A stretch of 64,000 bases of DNA from the human T2T-CHM13v2.0 reference genome, Homo sapiens: assembly GCF_009914755.1 (NCBI RefSeq), contig NC_060925.1, one strand, 5' to 3'. Under the pieces are notes generated by a model. It was not told the DNA's origin, searched no databases, and was given only the letters and a program-made list of their open reading frames with translations. Positions 23,735 to 36,131 of the stretch are shown here, in pieces (position 1 is the first letter of the stretch; the number at the start of each line of letters is the position of its first letter). The position numbers and the translations under genes are program-made.

Positions 23735-24664
23735 CTGCGAGAGGTAGAAGAGGGGGTCTCATGGGGGGCAGTGAAGACAGGTGTGGAGGGGCATGCATGT
23801 GACCCCATCACAGGCCTAGACCCCGGTGTCCGTCCCTACTCGTCCCCATCACTCAGCTCCAGAAGTCCCCTGTGACCCCACCAGGACAGAAGGACTGGAG
23901 GGCAAACTGCAGCGTCCCCTGGTTCCGAACTTGGTCTCCTGGCTTGGGCCTAACCATGCCTTCCTACTTGTGCCCTTCCTCGGTCCCCAGCTCCTCCATA
24001 TGTGTGACAGCAGGCCCTGCCCCAGGAAGCCTCTTCCTTCCAGAACCTGCTCGGAGGTCTTAAAGGTAGGATTCTCAGTATTCACAGCAGGCTTCCCCGC
24101 GGGCTACGGCCGAGGGTGCCTACGCGGTCGGAAAAGCCTTGGGAGCACTGCAGGTCTGTTTTAAACGATTTCAAGTTCTGAGTTCCCTTATAAGTGGGCG
24201 GCTAGGCTCGAAGCCTTTTAACTCAATGGGATTTACAAATTCATTTCATTATGTTTAGGTCAAAGGTAACCTAGAGATGTAATATTGTGGCTTGGAAAGG
24301 CCTTCAGCTAGGGTTCCTGCTCCAGGTCACAGCCGAGTCTCTCCAGCTGGGCTCTGTGCCCCTCTGGCCTGCTCTGCAGGGAGCACGTGCTGGGACTGAT
24401 GGCTGCCCTGGGGACGTGGGTGCAGCAGCAGCTGTTGCTCAGGGTCCCAGGAAGGGCCTGGACAGGGGCTCAGAGCCCCCGGCTGAGGGCTGCATGTGTG
24501 AAGGAGGATGGGAAGCCCACCCTTGCTGGGGCAGCATCTCCGAGAAGCCGGCTCAGCTTCTGTGGCCCAGCGGGAACTGCTGTACCAGCCTGAGCCCCAC
24601 CCACCCCAGAGCCAGGCTGGGATCCGTGGGGCTCTGTGGAAATGGCCCCCAGCACCCTACTCAC

Positions 24665-24787
24665 TTTGCGTGCTTGATGGCCCCGTCCAAGGTGCTGAAG
24701 AGCGCGCCGCATTCCTCCACCACGCAGTGGAAGTGGGCCTTGTGGAGGAAGTCACACTGGCCGTCACAGAAGTCCTTTGTACCAAAC
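24665..24787 (-). CDS. CASZ1: CASZ1 exon 15 (123 nt), ZF5
   Basis: ggctag|G TTT GGT...GCA AA|gtgagt; [40 protein letters not shown]. Confidence 0.94.
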
Positions 24788-24877
24788 CTAGCCAGAGGAG
24801 CTGGCGTTAGAGGAGAGCCTGGGGCTCCAGGGCGGGTGCGGGGGGACGATGGGTGGACGCGGCCAGCAGCCCCTCAC

Positions 24878-25032
24878 CTGCGCAGGTACACCTTCCAGGG
24901 CTCTGCCAACTTCTCCTGAACCAGCGCCTTCACGGCCTTGCCTAGGAAGGGCGAGGGCTCCGCAGCGGGGCTCCCCTCCGCTTCCGCCTTGATGTTCAGC
25001 AGGCTGCCCAGGCCAGGGTTGCCCTGAGACAT
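24878..25032 (-). CDS. CASZ1: CASZ1 exon 14 (155 nt)
   Basis: tcacag|ATG TCT CAG...CGC AG|gtgagg; [17 protein letters not shown]...WKVYLR. Confidence 0.94.
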
Positions 25033-26286
25033 CTGTGAGGGACAGAGGCCGAGCATGGGGCTGGGGTAGCTTAGAACACAGACACGGCAGCCTGGGGAGC
25101 AACAGCCGAAGCTCTGGGCTGCTGGGACCCACCCAGCCCTCAGAGCCAGCAGAGAATGCGGCCCGCCTACTTGGCTCTGGCTGTGGCTGGGCCCTCTCTG
25201 AACAGAGAGCCTGCTGTGCTGCCCCGACCCCAGGAGCTGCGAGGCCTCCTCAGGGCTCCTCCACATGAGCCCGTGCCGCGGGATCCATCACTCAAGCCGA
25301 GGCCGCGACTCAGGGTGCACGCTGCAGCCCATCTTTCCCCAGACTTCGCGGCTCCCTGGTTATTTTCCTGCCAGAAGGTTTTCAAAAGAAGCGCAGAAGG
25401 AGGAGGGATGGGGGAACCCCTACGAATTCCTTGAGAACAAGAGGAGGCCCACAAAGGAGAGAGAGGGAGGGAGGGAGGGAGGGAGGCTCACGGGTGAGAC
25501 CCAGACAGGCTTGCTGCAGCGGCCGGGAGGGGGTCATTGCGAGGATCCAAGGGAAGGGAGGGGGTCGTGGGGGCGGAGGCCAAAGGAAGGGGAGGGGGAA
25601 GGAGAGCAAGAGGGCAAGTGGCCAAGGAGTGGATGCCACGGACCAGTGAGGCTCCTTCCCCACCGAGTGCCCGGCTGGGGCCCTGCGGCGAGAGGTCCGG
25701 CCCGGGCCCGGCCCCTCCTCAGGGCAGTCACTTGTGTACAGTAACCGAATTAATCTTGCTGTAGTCAAATGTATCATGTGAAGGGGAAAAATGTATTTGA
25801 GATGATGTATAATTTACAAAGACCCTGCATTATTTAAAATAAATATTCCGGAGCGACCTCTCCGGAAGGCGTCCGAGACCATTACTCAACCGGAAAAGTG
25901 GAAATTGATGTTTTGCTCCCACTTTAGTCCCCCCTCCCCCATCCCCTTTTAAACAAACAAAAAATATATATAAAATAAATAAATAAAATTAATAACGAGG
26001 CACGAACGAAGTTGAAGGGCTCTGGAAAAGCTTTTGGAGCCCTCCATCTGAAGGGAAAAAAAGGTGTCAGAGGCTGGAATATATTTCTTCAGCCAGTTCA
26101 TTAAATTAATTTGTAAGCAGTGGCTCTGAAATTATATCCGATGAAAAATGGCCTCAAAATTTAAATGGTACAAACTCATCTTATTAGAGGCAAAACATTA
26201 AAAAACAAACACATCCCCCCACCCCCCAGCACAGCTTTAATTTCTCTGGGTGGGGGAACGGGAGGCGTGTGATGGATGGCTCTTAC

Positions 26287-26350
26287 CTTATTCATAAGCG
26301 AGGATAAAAGAGATGAATTTGCCGGGACTGCGTGGCCATTTGATTCGTTG
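26287..26350 (-). CDS. CASZ1: CASZ1 exon 13 (64 nt)
   Basis: ttctag|C AAC GAA...AAG|gtaaga; NESNGHAVPANSSLLSSLMNK. Confidence 0.92.
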
Positions 26351-26535
26351 CTAGAACACACAAACCAAGGGACTTGAGCTCAGACGGCCGGGGCCTGGGC
26401 CCTGGGGCTCACCTTCCCTGCCCGACCCTGGGGCTCCAGCCGAGCCCGCTGCAACTGCCTGGGCGGGACCACCCCGGGGCTCCAGCTCGAAGGTGTGGTT
26501 CCCGGGGCTGGCTCCCATAGGGGGCCTCGCCTCAC

Positions 26536-26671
26536 CTGGGCTCCTTCACAGTCAGGTCTAGACTGCGGTCCTGGGAGGCTTCGTGGGGGCCTGGGGCGCC
26601 GGTGCTCTCACCGGGTTCCGGCTTCACTTGGGCCGGGGGGAACCTGGCTGGGGTGACCTGCTGCCCGCTTC
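26536..26671 (-). CDS. CASZ1: CASZ1 exon 12 (136 nt)
   Basis: ctgcag|GA AGC...CCC AG|gtgagg; [21 protein letters not shown]...[11 protein letters not shown]. Confidence 0.92.
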
Positions 26672-28971
26672 CTGCAGGGGAGGGGTGGGAAGATGCGTCA
26701 GAGGGGCTGAAGGCCTGGCCCGGGCACAGACAGCCGCCGTGCCCCCTGGAGGGAGGGCAGTGGGCTGGGTGGGCCCCGGCTACTGGTCAGCGCTTCTCCC
26801 GCTGACGTGATCGCTCGCGACGCTCGCTCCTGTGTGGCAATTCTTCAAGTGATAATTATTGCAAAATTATGTCAAAGTTGTCCTGGCTCAGGGCCTCCTG
26901 GAGGAGAAGGGCGGGAGGCTGGGGAGGGGGCTGGGGTGGGGGCGGGGGCCCTTCATTTTCTCCACCAACTGTCACAGTCGATTTGTGGGGCTGCCGCTTA
27001 GGCTTTTATTAAAGACTCTGTTAATGCTGAGGGAAAGTGGCAGATCTGGACTGGGAGGGCCCCTCTGTGGTCCCCAGCCCGCGGTTGCTGGGGTGACGGC
27101 CCCCGCACGGAGCATGCCCAGGAAGGGCCTCTGCTGTGTCAGGGCGATGGGGCCGATGGCCAATCAGAGCGGCCACACCGGGTGACCTCGCAGTCAAGCT
27201 ATCCGGGGCAGGGACACGAGGCCAGGCTGGGCCGAGCTGGGTCCGGAAGGGAGCTGGGCGGGTGAGGCCGCAGGAGGCCAGCAGAGCAGGGGTAAAAGAA
27301 GTTGCTGACAGGGCCATCCAGCGAGCTTTCCCCTACAATCCCCCAGTGACGGAAATATGAATTTGCCCCAAGGTGCTGTAGCTGACAGAGTGCTGCTTCA
27401 GAAACAGCAAGTGGCATTTTATTAAAAAATAAAACGGCCCCCTCCCCTGTGCTTGATCTTTCTTTTGGGAGAAGGAGACTTTTCTAATGAAAACAAAGTA
27501 CTTGACAGTCTGGCCACCGAGCCCACGTGGCCCTGGAGTGGGCCCTGCCCCATCCATCAGGCACCTGGCTGGAAGGGCGTGGCCAGCGAGGCCCCACCCA
27601 TGCCTGGACCAGGAGGCGGTCCCTCCACGCGGCCACCGGGCATGAGCGTCCTATTGGGCCTGTGAGAGTTTTCAGACCTTGGGACTTCACATTCCAGCAG
27701 CTCTCCAAAGTCACCTGCCCAAGGTCCCAGGAAAACGGCCCAGCTCCCCTGCCAAGCACTGGCAGCCTCTGCAAGGTGTGGGCAGAGCCCCAGACTGGGC
27801 CACAGGGACCCTCAGTCTTGGCTGGTTCTGAGAGGGTTTCGAATGGGAACAGGGCATCTAGGCCCAGGAGCCCCACTCCTGCGGGCAGCGCCTTGGTTCA
27901 CCACTTCCTAGCCATGTGCCCGGGACAGACCATCCCTGACCGTCTGCTGGCTCCACGGCGTGGGGCTCTGTCTGGCGTCCCGCCTGCTGTGTCCCCAGCA
28001 CCCGGCTTGGAGCCTGGCTCTCAGCAAGCATCAGTGGTTGTTGAATGAATAAGTGAAATGAGCCACATCCCAGATGTGAACGGAACTCTCCTCAAGGATT
28101 CAACAAATAGGAACTACCCAGAGCAGGGAAACTGGGAGAGGAGTGAGGTAAACAGAAAACACCCTCACCCCAATCCAGAGAAAAATGGAGGGAAATTTTT
28201 TTAAAATGGATATTTATGAAATTATAGGAAGGCAGGAAAGAGAACTGCGCCCCTCAGTGAACCAGCGTGAAGAAGGAAGATGCAACTCCGGGGCTCTGGC
28301 CCTTTTCTGTCTGACGTGGCAGTCCCTGGCCAAGTGTGGTTGTTTAAAGTGACAATCCCGCTTCCCAATCACAGACCCAGCTTCAAGCACCAACAGTCAC
28401 ACGTGGCCAGTGGCTGCCAAGTCAAACACTGCAGAATAGAAGGCTTCCAAGGCCTGGAAAGTCCTACTGCAATGGCACTCATGGAGGAGGGAGCCTGGGA
28501 AGGGCGTCCCTGGGCCTGGAGGTGTCCAGGTGTGAGGTGCAGCCCCACTACCGCTGGGCTGGACGCAGGCCCTGCTCCAGGTCAGCTGGAGGAAACGCTC
28601 GGCACGCCAGGGGCCCTGGGCCTGCTCTTATCAGGGTGGACTTGGGATGTGGGAGGGTGAGCAGACAGGGAGGGGGGACCTGCAGTGGCCCCAGGGATGC
28701 AGGGCAGCCGAGGAGGCAGGGACCATCGCCCCCAGCTCACAGATGGGGAAACAGAAGCATGGCCCCCCTACTGTGGGGAGCCAGAACCAGGGGCCCCACA
28801 TAGAAACCAACAGGATGGGGGCGAAGATCAGGCAAAGAGGGGGTGCTGGCAAGCAGGGGCCACACGGACACTTCTTCCAAACACCCCCCGACTCTGCTCT
28901 GCAGCCTGAGGCCAGGTGGCCACCCCAGTCCAGAAGGTGCCTGCTTTCTGGGCAGGACCCAGCCTGCTCAC

Positions 28972-29813
28972 CTGGGTCAAAGGTGGCAGAGGGCTTGAGG
29001 GCAGCTGCAGCCAGCCTGGCCATCATGGGCGAGATGAGGCCCTTGCTTGCAGAGATCCTCTCCATGATGGAGGCGGGTGGTGCCGGGACAGAGGCGGCAG
29101 CCACGGGGGCTGAGTCTCCAGCTCCCGAGGCGACCAGCGTGGGTGTGTCAGGGGTGGCTGAGGCTGCTGACCCAGACGACACGGCACCCAGGAGGCTGGG
29201 GGTGCCCACAGGCAGGGAGGTGCTCCCACGGCCAGCCAGTATGGGGAAGTAGGGCGTGGGGGTGGGCAGGCCCGAGTTGGAGAGGGCCAGGGCCAGGGGG
29301 ATTGAGCCAGGCAGGCCCTGGGGCAGCAGCCCCGAGATCTTGCTGTTGGGAGGTTTGGTGGCACTGGGCCCAGCCTCGGTGGCGGCAGTGGCGGCAGCCA
29401 GGGACGCAGAGGACTGCTGGCTGGTAGGGGAGGCGCTCAGGCTGGAGTTCTTGCTGCTCAGGGCGGAGAAGTCAACAAGGTCGTCGTTGCTGGACTCCTC
29501 GTGCTCCGTGTCCTTGGCGCCCAGCAGCGAGGGCGGCAGCCCCAGCGCGCCCGAGGAGCGGATGTGCCGGCGCTCATGCTTGCGCTTGTGAGAGGTCATC
29601 TGGCTGGTGGAGGTGAAGGTGAAGCCGCAGCCGGCGCGGATGCAGTGGAAGTGGTTGGTAGCCTTGCTGTACACGCAGCCCTCGTACTTGCACTCCTCGT
29701 ACTTGTAGAACTTCTTGAAGCCGTCCTTGGCGTAGGCATCGTCCTTGATGTGGTAGCTCTTGTGCTTCTCGATGTCACACTTGTTCTTGAAAGTGAATGT
29801 GCAGCCGGGGCGC
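28972..29813 (-). CDS. CASZ1: CASZ1 exon 11 (842 nt), end of ZF3, ZF4 and Ser/Ala/Pro-rich linker
   Basis: atccag|G CGC CCC GGC TGC...CCA G|gtgagc; [27 protein letters not shown]. Confidence 0.95.
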
Positions 29814-30013
29814 CTGGATGGGACATTGGGAGCCTGTCATGAGACCCAGAGGAGGCCCCACCCTGCTACACCATGGCCCTGGGAGGGACAGTCCCCCGGG
29901 TGGAAAACCCAGGCTGGACACCGAGGCAGGGGCCTGAGCCGTCCCACGAGCCTGGGTCCTTGCCTTCCCTCCCCGCTTCTGCCCACGAAGGCCCCCACCA
30001 GGCTCCCGCTTAC

Positions 30014-30186
30014 CTGCAGTGGAAGTGCGTGGTCTTCTGTCCGTAGAACTGGCAGTCGGCTGTGCCACAGTCTTCGGTGGCTCGGAAGCGCTGGAAGCCG
30101 TCGTTAATGAGCTGGGTATTCTTCTTGTGGAAGTTCTCGTGGGTCATCACGTCAGACGTGCTCGTGTACACCTTGTTACAGCCCAC
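30014..30186 (-). CDS. CASZ1: CASZ1 exon 10 (173 nt), ZF2/ZF3
   Basis: gtgcag|GTG GGC TGT...TGC AG|gtaagc; [20 protein letters not shown]...THFHC. Confidence 0.95.
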
Positions 30187-31243
30187 CTGCACAGGACGGG
30201 ATGGTGGTCAGGCGAACGGAGGCCAGGTGCTCCTGGGCCGAGGTCGACACCACTGTGTGTGGCTGGGGCCACTGACTTCCCTGCTCAGGGAAGCTTTGGC
30301 ACCTCTGACTTCAAACTGGAGGCCTCGGGATGTTGATGTAGGAAGCAGAGTAGAAAGCCTCCAACAGCCCCTCAGGCCTCCACAGAGGGACCAAGTGCTG
30401 CTGGAGCCTGGCTCCGTCTGTGCTGAGGATCAGGGCATCTCCGGAGACTCAGGGCACTTTTTGGCCCAGGGGAGGGAGCTGCATCCTGCAGGAGTTGGAT
30501 TTTGAGTTCCAATCCATGGCCCTACCTCTAAAACCCTCAGTGGGTGGACAGGGGCTGGACCCTGGAGGTCACCTTTAGCCCAGGGATTTGCTTAGTGGAC
30601 AGTCCCTGGGCACGGGGCCCTCCCACCCCACCCCAGCTGGGCCAGGAAGGCAACGTTGCCATATTGAGTAAAAACCCGTGGAATCCGAACACTCTCGTAG
30701 GCTGGGCCGTGCCAGTGTCTGCACCATCTCAGAGCCCAGAGGGTGGCCCCCCTCTCCTCGTGGCCCAGGTTGTTCACAGAGGCCATAACAACTCCTGACA
30801 AATACCGGGGGAGGCATAGGGCTGCTATTTGCAACCCAAAGTCGCTCCTCCTGGCCCTGACACCTTGAAAAAGCCCAGACTCTGCGTGGCATTAAAACAA
30901 AGAATTAAACAAAAACCTCCTCAGGAATCATTTGCAATGCTGCTCTTGGTGTTAAAGCCTGAAAAATGTCCATCTGTATAAACAGCTCACTGAATTTCAT
31001 CCACACCAAGTATGGCCATGGGGAAGGCCCCACCCTGGCCCACCAGACGCTGCCCAAGCCTGAACCCCCAGGACCCTCCTGGCTCGCTGGCCATCCCTGT
31101 GCTGGGCCAGGGGAAAGAGAGGCTCCTGATCAACTGGGGTCCCTGCCCATGGGGCAGCCCTGCCTCTGGGAGTGGGGGGCTCAGAGCCGGGAGGGCCTGG
31201 GCCAGTCCTGCAGCTGCCCAGTGGGCCCGGGTGCGGGAGGCAC

Positions 31244-31408
31244 CTGCATGCAGTGATAGTGGGTGCTCTTCCCATTGAGGTGGCAGCCGTGGTAGTAGAC
31301 GCTGCAGTCGTCCAGCGGGCTGAAACGCATGAAGCCGTGCTGCAGGGAGTTGTCGCGCTTCTTGTGCATGTTGTAGTGGCGGATCACGTCCTGCTTACTC
31401 GTGAACCT
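31244..31408 (-). CDS. CASZ1: CASZ1 exon 9 (165 nt), ZF1/ZF2
   Basis: tggcag|AGG TTC...CAG|gtgcct; [15 protein letters not shown]...THYHCMQ. Confidence 0.95.
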
Positions 31409-31839
31409 CTGCCAGGAGACAGCGCCACGTGGGCAGGAGCCTGAGCTCCCCCTCCGCCCTTCCTCCCATATGCCAAGAGCACCTGGGCCAGGTGCTGGCC
31501 TCAGGTCTCCCTAGAAAGAACCCTGCTTGGGGTCAAGGCAGCCCAGATTGTCCAAGGCCAGTGGCAGGCACATCAGCCCTTGGAGGGAACCATCCCAAAG
31601 GTTCTAGGACCATAGATTCTTCCCCGATGCTCCCCTAGGTGCCCAGTGGCCATCCCCAGGAGCACAGATGATGCATTGGGCCAGGCCTTGAGGGCAGGGG
31701 CTCTGATGCTGACAGCTCATCCCGCCCAGTGCACCTCTGGACTAAGGCAGGCTGGGATCCCTGGCAAGCCAGAGGGAGCCACCCCACGCAGGCTGCCCTG
31801 ACTCTCCCCCCACTCACCAGCCCCGCGCTCACTGGCGGG

Positions 31840-31995
31840 CAGCCTTGGGCACAGTGGCACTCTGGCTGAGCCACAATTTTATCATCTTTAAGATGGGGCA
31901 GTAATGCTAACCTTCTAAGGCCACTGCAAAGAGTCAATTAGGCAAGGCTCATAGGCTGGCTGGCATGGCCCTGGGCACGTGGGAGGCTCTCAGTC
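31840..31995 (+). mobile_element. Degenerate MIR fragment
   Basis: ccttgggca...ctgagccacaattttatcatctttaagatgggg..taat resembles the MIR core. Confidence 0.5.
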
Positions 31996-32240
31996 AAAGG
32001 GGACTGGAATGATCACCACTGGGAGGTCACTGGCCCCCAATCGTAGGAGCTGCTCTGTCGGCAGGAATCGGGGAATGTGGGCAGGCTGGTGGTTTTGCGG
32101 GCCCTCTACCTGCTCAAGTCAAGTTTGGGTGGTGCAACTAGAACTAACCCCCCCCACTGCCGTCCCCGCCTGCCGACTTCTAAGCGCCTCCATGCTGTGC
32201 TGGTGGCGGAGAGGCGGAGCCCATCTGGCTGTGGCCGTAC

Positions 32241-32331
32241 CTGGTAGTTACACTCAGGGTCAAGGCAGTGGTAGTGCTCGCGGTACTGGTAGGCACAGTG
32301 GATGTGGCCACAGTGCTGGCTGCCCGAGAAC
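32241..32331 (-). CDS. CASZ1: CASZ1 exon 8 (91 nt), first half of ZF1
   Basis: ctccag|G TTC TCG...CAG|gtacgg; [30 protein letters not shown]. Confidence 0.95.
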
Positions 32332-33591
32332 CTGGAGGGAGGAGGGGTGGGGTCAGGGCCCTGCTGTGGGTGACAGTCCCAGCCCCAGCCCCAGCCCCAG
32401 CCCCAGGGAGGACTCTTCGGGCCCTGTATGGGATGCAGAGGGGAGGTGAAGTTGCAGAGGCCCAGGCAAGTGACTGGGCCTGGCGGGAATCCCAGGCCCA
32501 TTGAGGCAAAGAGGCCTGGCCCCAAGAAAGGGGCAGGACAACACTGAGGTGGCCAAAAGTCAAAGTAGGGGGAGACAGATGGGGCCCGAGCCCTGGGATG
32601 GAAGGGAAGGCAGGCGCCCCCTCGGCTGCCCACCTGTCTTTTCTGCAGGGGCTACCTGCCCCACTCCCAGCCCGCCCAGTTCTGGCCAGGTGCAGAGACC
32701 CTGGCTGGGCCAGCCGGGCTCTGATGCTGAGAGGTGTTAAAGGGCTCTCTCTGTCCTGGGCTTTTCCTGACACTTGAAACAGTGCAGAGCTATGAATTTT
32801 TAAAGCACAGCATCTGTTTGGCTTCCTACAGCAACGAGCTCACTCTCCAGCCGCCGCCGCCACCGCCAGGAACCTGTGCTGCCTCCCAGGAAACCCGTCC
32901 TCCTCCAGGCCCCAGGGCCGCTGGGACGTGGCTCCCACAGCCTCGGTGACGGCCGGCCGTGGGGAGGCCACTCTGGAGAGGCCACACCATGACGACTGTG
33001 GAGAAGGGTGTGACTCAGCCCGCCTGTACCCCTCCAAGACTGAAGTGAGATTGCAGGAGACACAGAGAGAAACCCCATACTGTAATGGGAAAACCACGTG
33101 CAAACAAATATTTAGGCTGAAGTGGCCAAAAGGGCCATCTGCGGAGGCACTAATAATAATGGTAATAATAATACCACAGAGGAGACAGCACGGGGCAGAG
33201 CTGAAGACAGAGTGGGACAGGGGGGCGGAGACAGTGGGATGGGGGTGGACAGAGACAGAGCAGGACAGGGGATCGGAGACAGAGTGGGACGTGGAGGCGG
33301 AGAGACAGAGCGGGCGGGAGGAACCTGGAAGATCTGCGGACAGACAGGCGCCAGCCGCTGGGTGCTGCCCCATCAGAGGGCAGGCGGTGGGGGGGTGGGG
33401 GCGGGGGGTGTTATTTGTGTGATTTGGGGGAATCTGTTGAGGCAAAGGCTCTTCACTGCCAATCCCACTGCCTTTGGGATGGAAAGGGGTTGGTCTGGAG
33501 TCAGGTGGTGTCAGAGCCTCACTGGGGAAGTGCATTGGGCTGTGTCAGAGAGGACGACAGCCCACACCTTCTCTCTCGCTTTCTCTCTCTC

Positions 33592-33727
33592 TTTTTTTTT
33601 TTTTTTTTAAAGAGATAGGGTCTCACTCTGTTGCCCAGGATGATCTCAAACTCCTGGCCTCAAGTGATCCTCCCATCTTGGCCTCCCACAGTGCTGGGAT
33701 TACAGGCATGAGCCACTGCACCTGGCC
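33592..33727 (-). mobile_element. Free left Alu monomer (FLAM-like)
   Basis: Poly-T plus a single reverse-complement monomer ending gagccactgcacctggcc. Confidence 0.85.
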
Positions 33728-34102
33728 TGCCTCTACCTTCCCAGCCCTGACAGTTTCACGGTGGCCTGCACCCTACTCAAGGCTCTGTGTGACAGCAGGA
33801 CCCAGGCAAGCTGGGGGAGCTGCACTCACCTGTGGCCAGGCCCTGCGTCGGGACCCCGGCCCTAACTGGGGGCACAGGCTGCTGAGGGAATGTGTGGCCT
33901 GGACTACACAGAGCGGAGGGAGGCTCCCAAACGGGCGTGCAGGGCAGCCCTCGGTGCGGTGGAGGGACCGAAGTGGATGGGGATGGGAGGAGGCAGCTAC
34001 CTTGGCCCTAGAGGTCAGATATCAAACGAATGGCCTCAGAGTGCCCGGTCAGTCCTGGCCCCCCACCTTCTCTCCACGGCAGGCTCCTCCCCAGGGGCCT
34101 AC

Positions 34103-34171
34103 CTGGCAATATATTTCTGGTAAATGTTTACATCTTCAGTGACGGCTGGTTTATCTGTGGGCAGTCCGTTC
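34103..34171 (-). CDS. CASZ1: CASZ1 exon 7 (69 nt)
   Basis: tgccag|G AAC GGA...GCC AG|gtaggc; NGLPTDKPAVTEDVNIYQKYIA. Confidence 0.93.
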
Positions 34172-35296
34172 CTGGCAAGAGACACACAGGGCACAGCCGG
34201 TGAGCAGATGGGGCAGCCTCGTGTTACAGGGGCATCTGGTGGGCAGCCCCTGCCCTGAGGCCCCAGCCCCTCTGCTCTGCTCTGCAGTGTCCGAGGCACC
34301 CACGGTGGGACTGAGGACATCCCTGGCAGAAGCTGGCCAGAGGTTCAACGAGCCCAACTCTGGGAGGGCAGTGCCATCTCGTGCAGGTGGGGCTGCAGCC
34401 CCCTTGGGCACGGGCTGGCAAGCCACAGAAGCCCGGGCTCGGCACCCAGCATTCAGGGAGCATCAGGAGGCCGCTGGCTGAGGGGCACCAGGCCTCCCAA
34501 CAGGGAGGGATTCGAGGTGGGGGCAGGCAGCTGGGCAGGGGAAGTGTATCCTTCCCCAGGCAGCAGGGGCCGCCCTGATCTGCTCCAAGGCATGCAGCCC
34601 CCTGGGGTCCGGGAGCCCCCCCAGGGTTCAGGAGGAGCTCTGGGGAAGGGTCTCGCTCAGCCCCACACCATCCACTACTTGACTACCCAGGCCGTTCCCC
34701 TGCCCATGGGTTCAGGCTGTAAGGGTGTATGCACCTAACCCCGGTCACTACCTTTGCTTCCTGCCTCCCCCAGGGCCCAGGCTCTGAGCCCAGGAGCCAG
34801 GGCCACCAGCATGGACCCAGCATCCCCAGCCAGGGTGGCGCCTTCTCAGCCAACCACAGGCCTGCATTCAGCACCCATGGCAGCAGGTAGAGAAAGCCTG
34901 TCATGGGCAGATGGGGTGTGCTGTCATGGGCAGTCCCGGTGTGCATGCTAGCAAAAGGCAGAGCACACTTGTGCCTGGGAGTGTGGGCGTGTGTGGGTGG
35001 CGTGTGTGGGGGGCGTGTGCGAGGTGCACGCGCAGGTCCAGGAGCGGGGGGGCGCTGCAGGAGGGCTCACGCATGGTTCTGTAGGTGCAAGAGTGAATGT
35101 GAGTGCGGCGCGCACCTGTGTGTGTGGAAGCGCATGGATGGGAGCCTGAGTGTGCACGCGCCTGGATGCACAGTGGATGTGTATAAGGTGTGAGCGGCAG
35201 GTGTGTCCTCAAGCACGGGCAACCCTGGTGAGGAAGGAGGCCTCCTGTCTAGTCTGGCTCCTGGCTCTGGGCATTGTGGGGTGGGGAGCGCCTTAC

Positions 35297-36131
35297 TTGA
35301 CAGTGGAGACGGTCCCCGTGGTGATGGAGTCTGTTTTGGAGAAGGTTGACTTCAGGTACTCGGGAGTGTTGAAGGACAGGGAGGCAGGAGGCTCTGGCCC
35401 TGGCCCGGGGGCGCTGGGGGCACTGGGCACGCTGGCGAGGGGTGCGGGAGCCAGGCTGGGGGTGGGCGGAACCTTGGCGGGGCCTGGCTTCTGGATGCCC
35501 CGGACGTCGTACTTGGAAGGGCGCCCCACCTTGCCTGTCTTGAAGGCGATGGCCCCGCCCATGTCGGGGCTGCCCTCCCCGGGTTTGAAGAGGTGCAGGT
35601 ACTTGACATTCTCCAGGTCGTACTTGGATGGCTTCTTGTAGGTGCTCCCGTTCTGGGGCCGCAGATTCTCGCCGGTCTTCAGTTTTTGGATGAAGAAGTC
35701 GTACTTGGAGGCCCGGGCTACCAGGTTCTGCATCTGGACACTGCTGTGCGACGGCAGGGGCAGGATGGTGGCCTTGGTCTCCAGGTGGGCCGTGCTGCTG
35801 GGCAGCCGCAGGCCGGGCAGGGTGCCCACCACCTCCTTGCCCACCCGCTCCTCGGTCTTGGTGCTGGGGGCCGGCCAGGAGAGCTGCTCGCCAGCCTTGA
35901 GCTTGCGGATGTACTCCTCATACTTAGAGAACCGCGCCCGCTTGCTGAGGGTATCCTCGGAGGTGGGCAGCATGGAGGAGGTGGCTGCCTCCGGGGTGGA
36001 GCCCGCGTGCAGCTTCTCAAAGCTGATCTTCCTGGCCAGCTCGTCCCGCGTGTTCTGGTCATCATAGCCAAACATGCCGAGGAACTCGGTCATGGTGGAG
36101 GCCGCGTAGTCCCGCAGCGAGGAGGCCTCTC
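35297..36131 (-). CDS. CASZ1: CASZ1 exon 6 (835 nt)
   Basis: ctgcag|GA GAG GCC...GTC AA|gtaagg; [22 protein letters not shown]...TVSTV. Confidence 0.95.

Noticed and set aside
24788-24877. 90-nt intron 14 (and 159-nt intron 19) as in-frame retained introns
   Set aside because: Lengths are multiples of three, but both contain in-frame TGA stops.
28631-28971. ORF read-through of ~113 codons into intron 11
   Set aside because: A good donor at 28972 explains the exon end; the extension is unremarkable and no poly(A) signal lies close to the stop.
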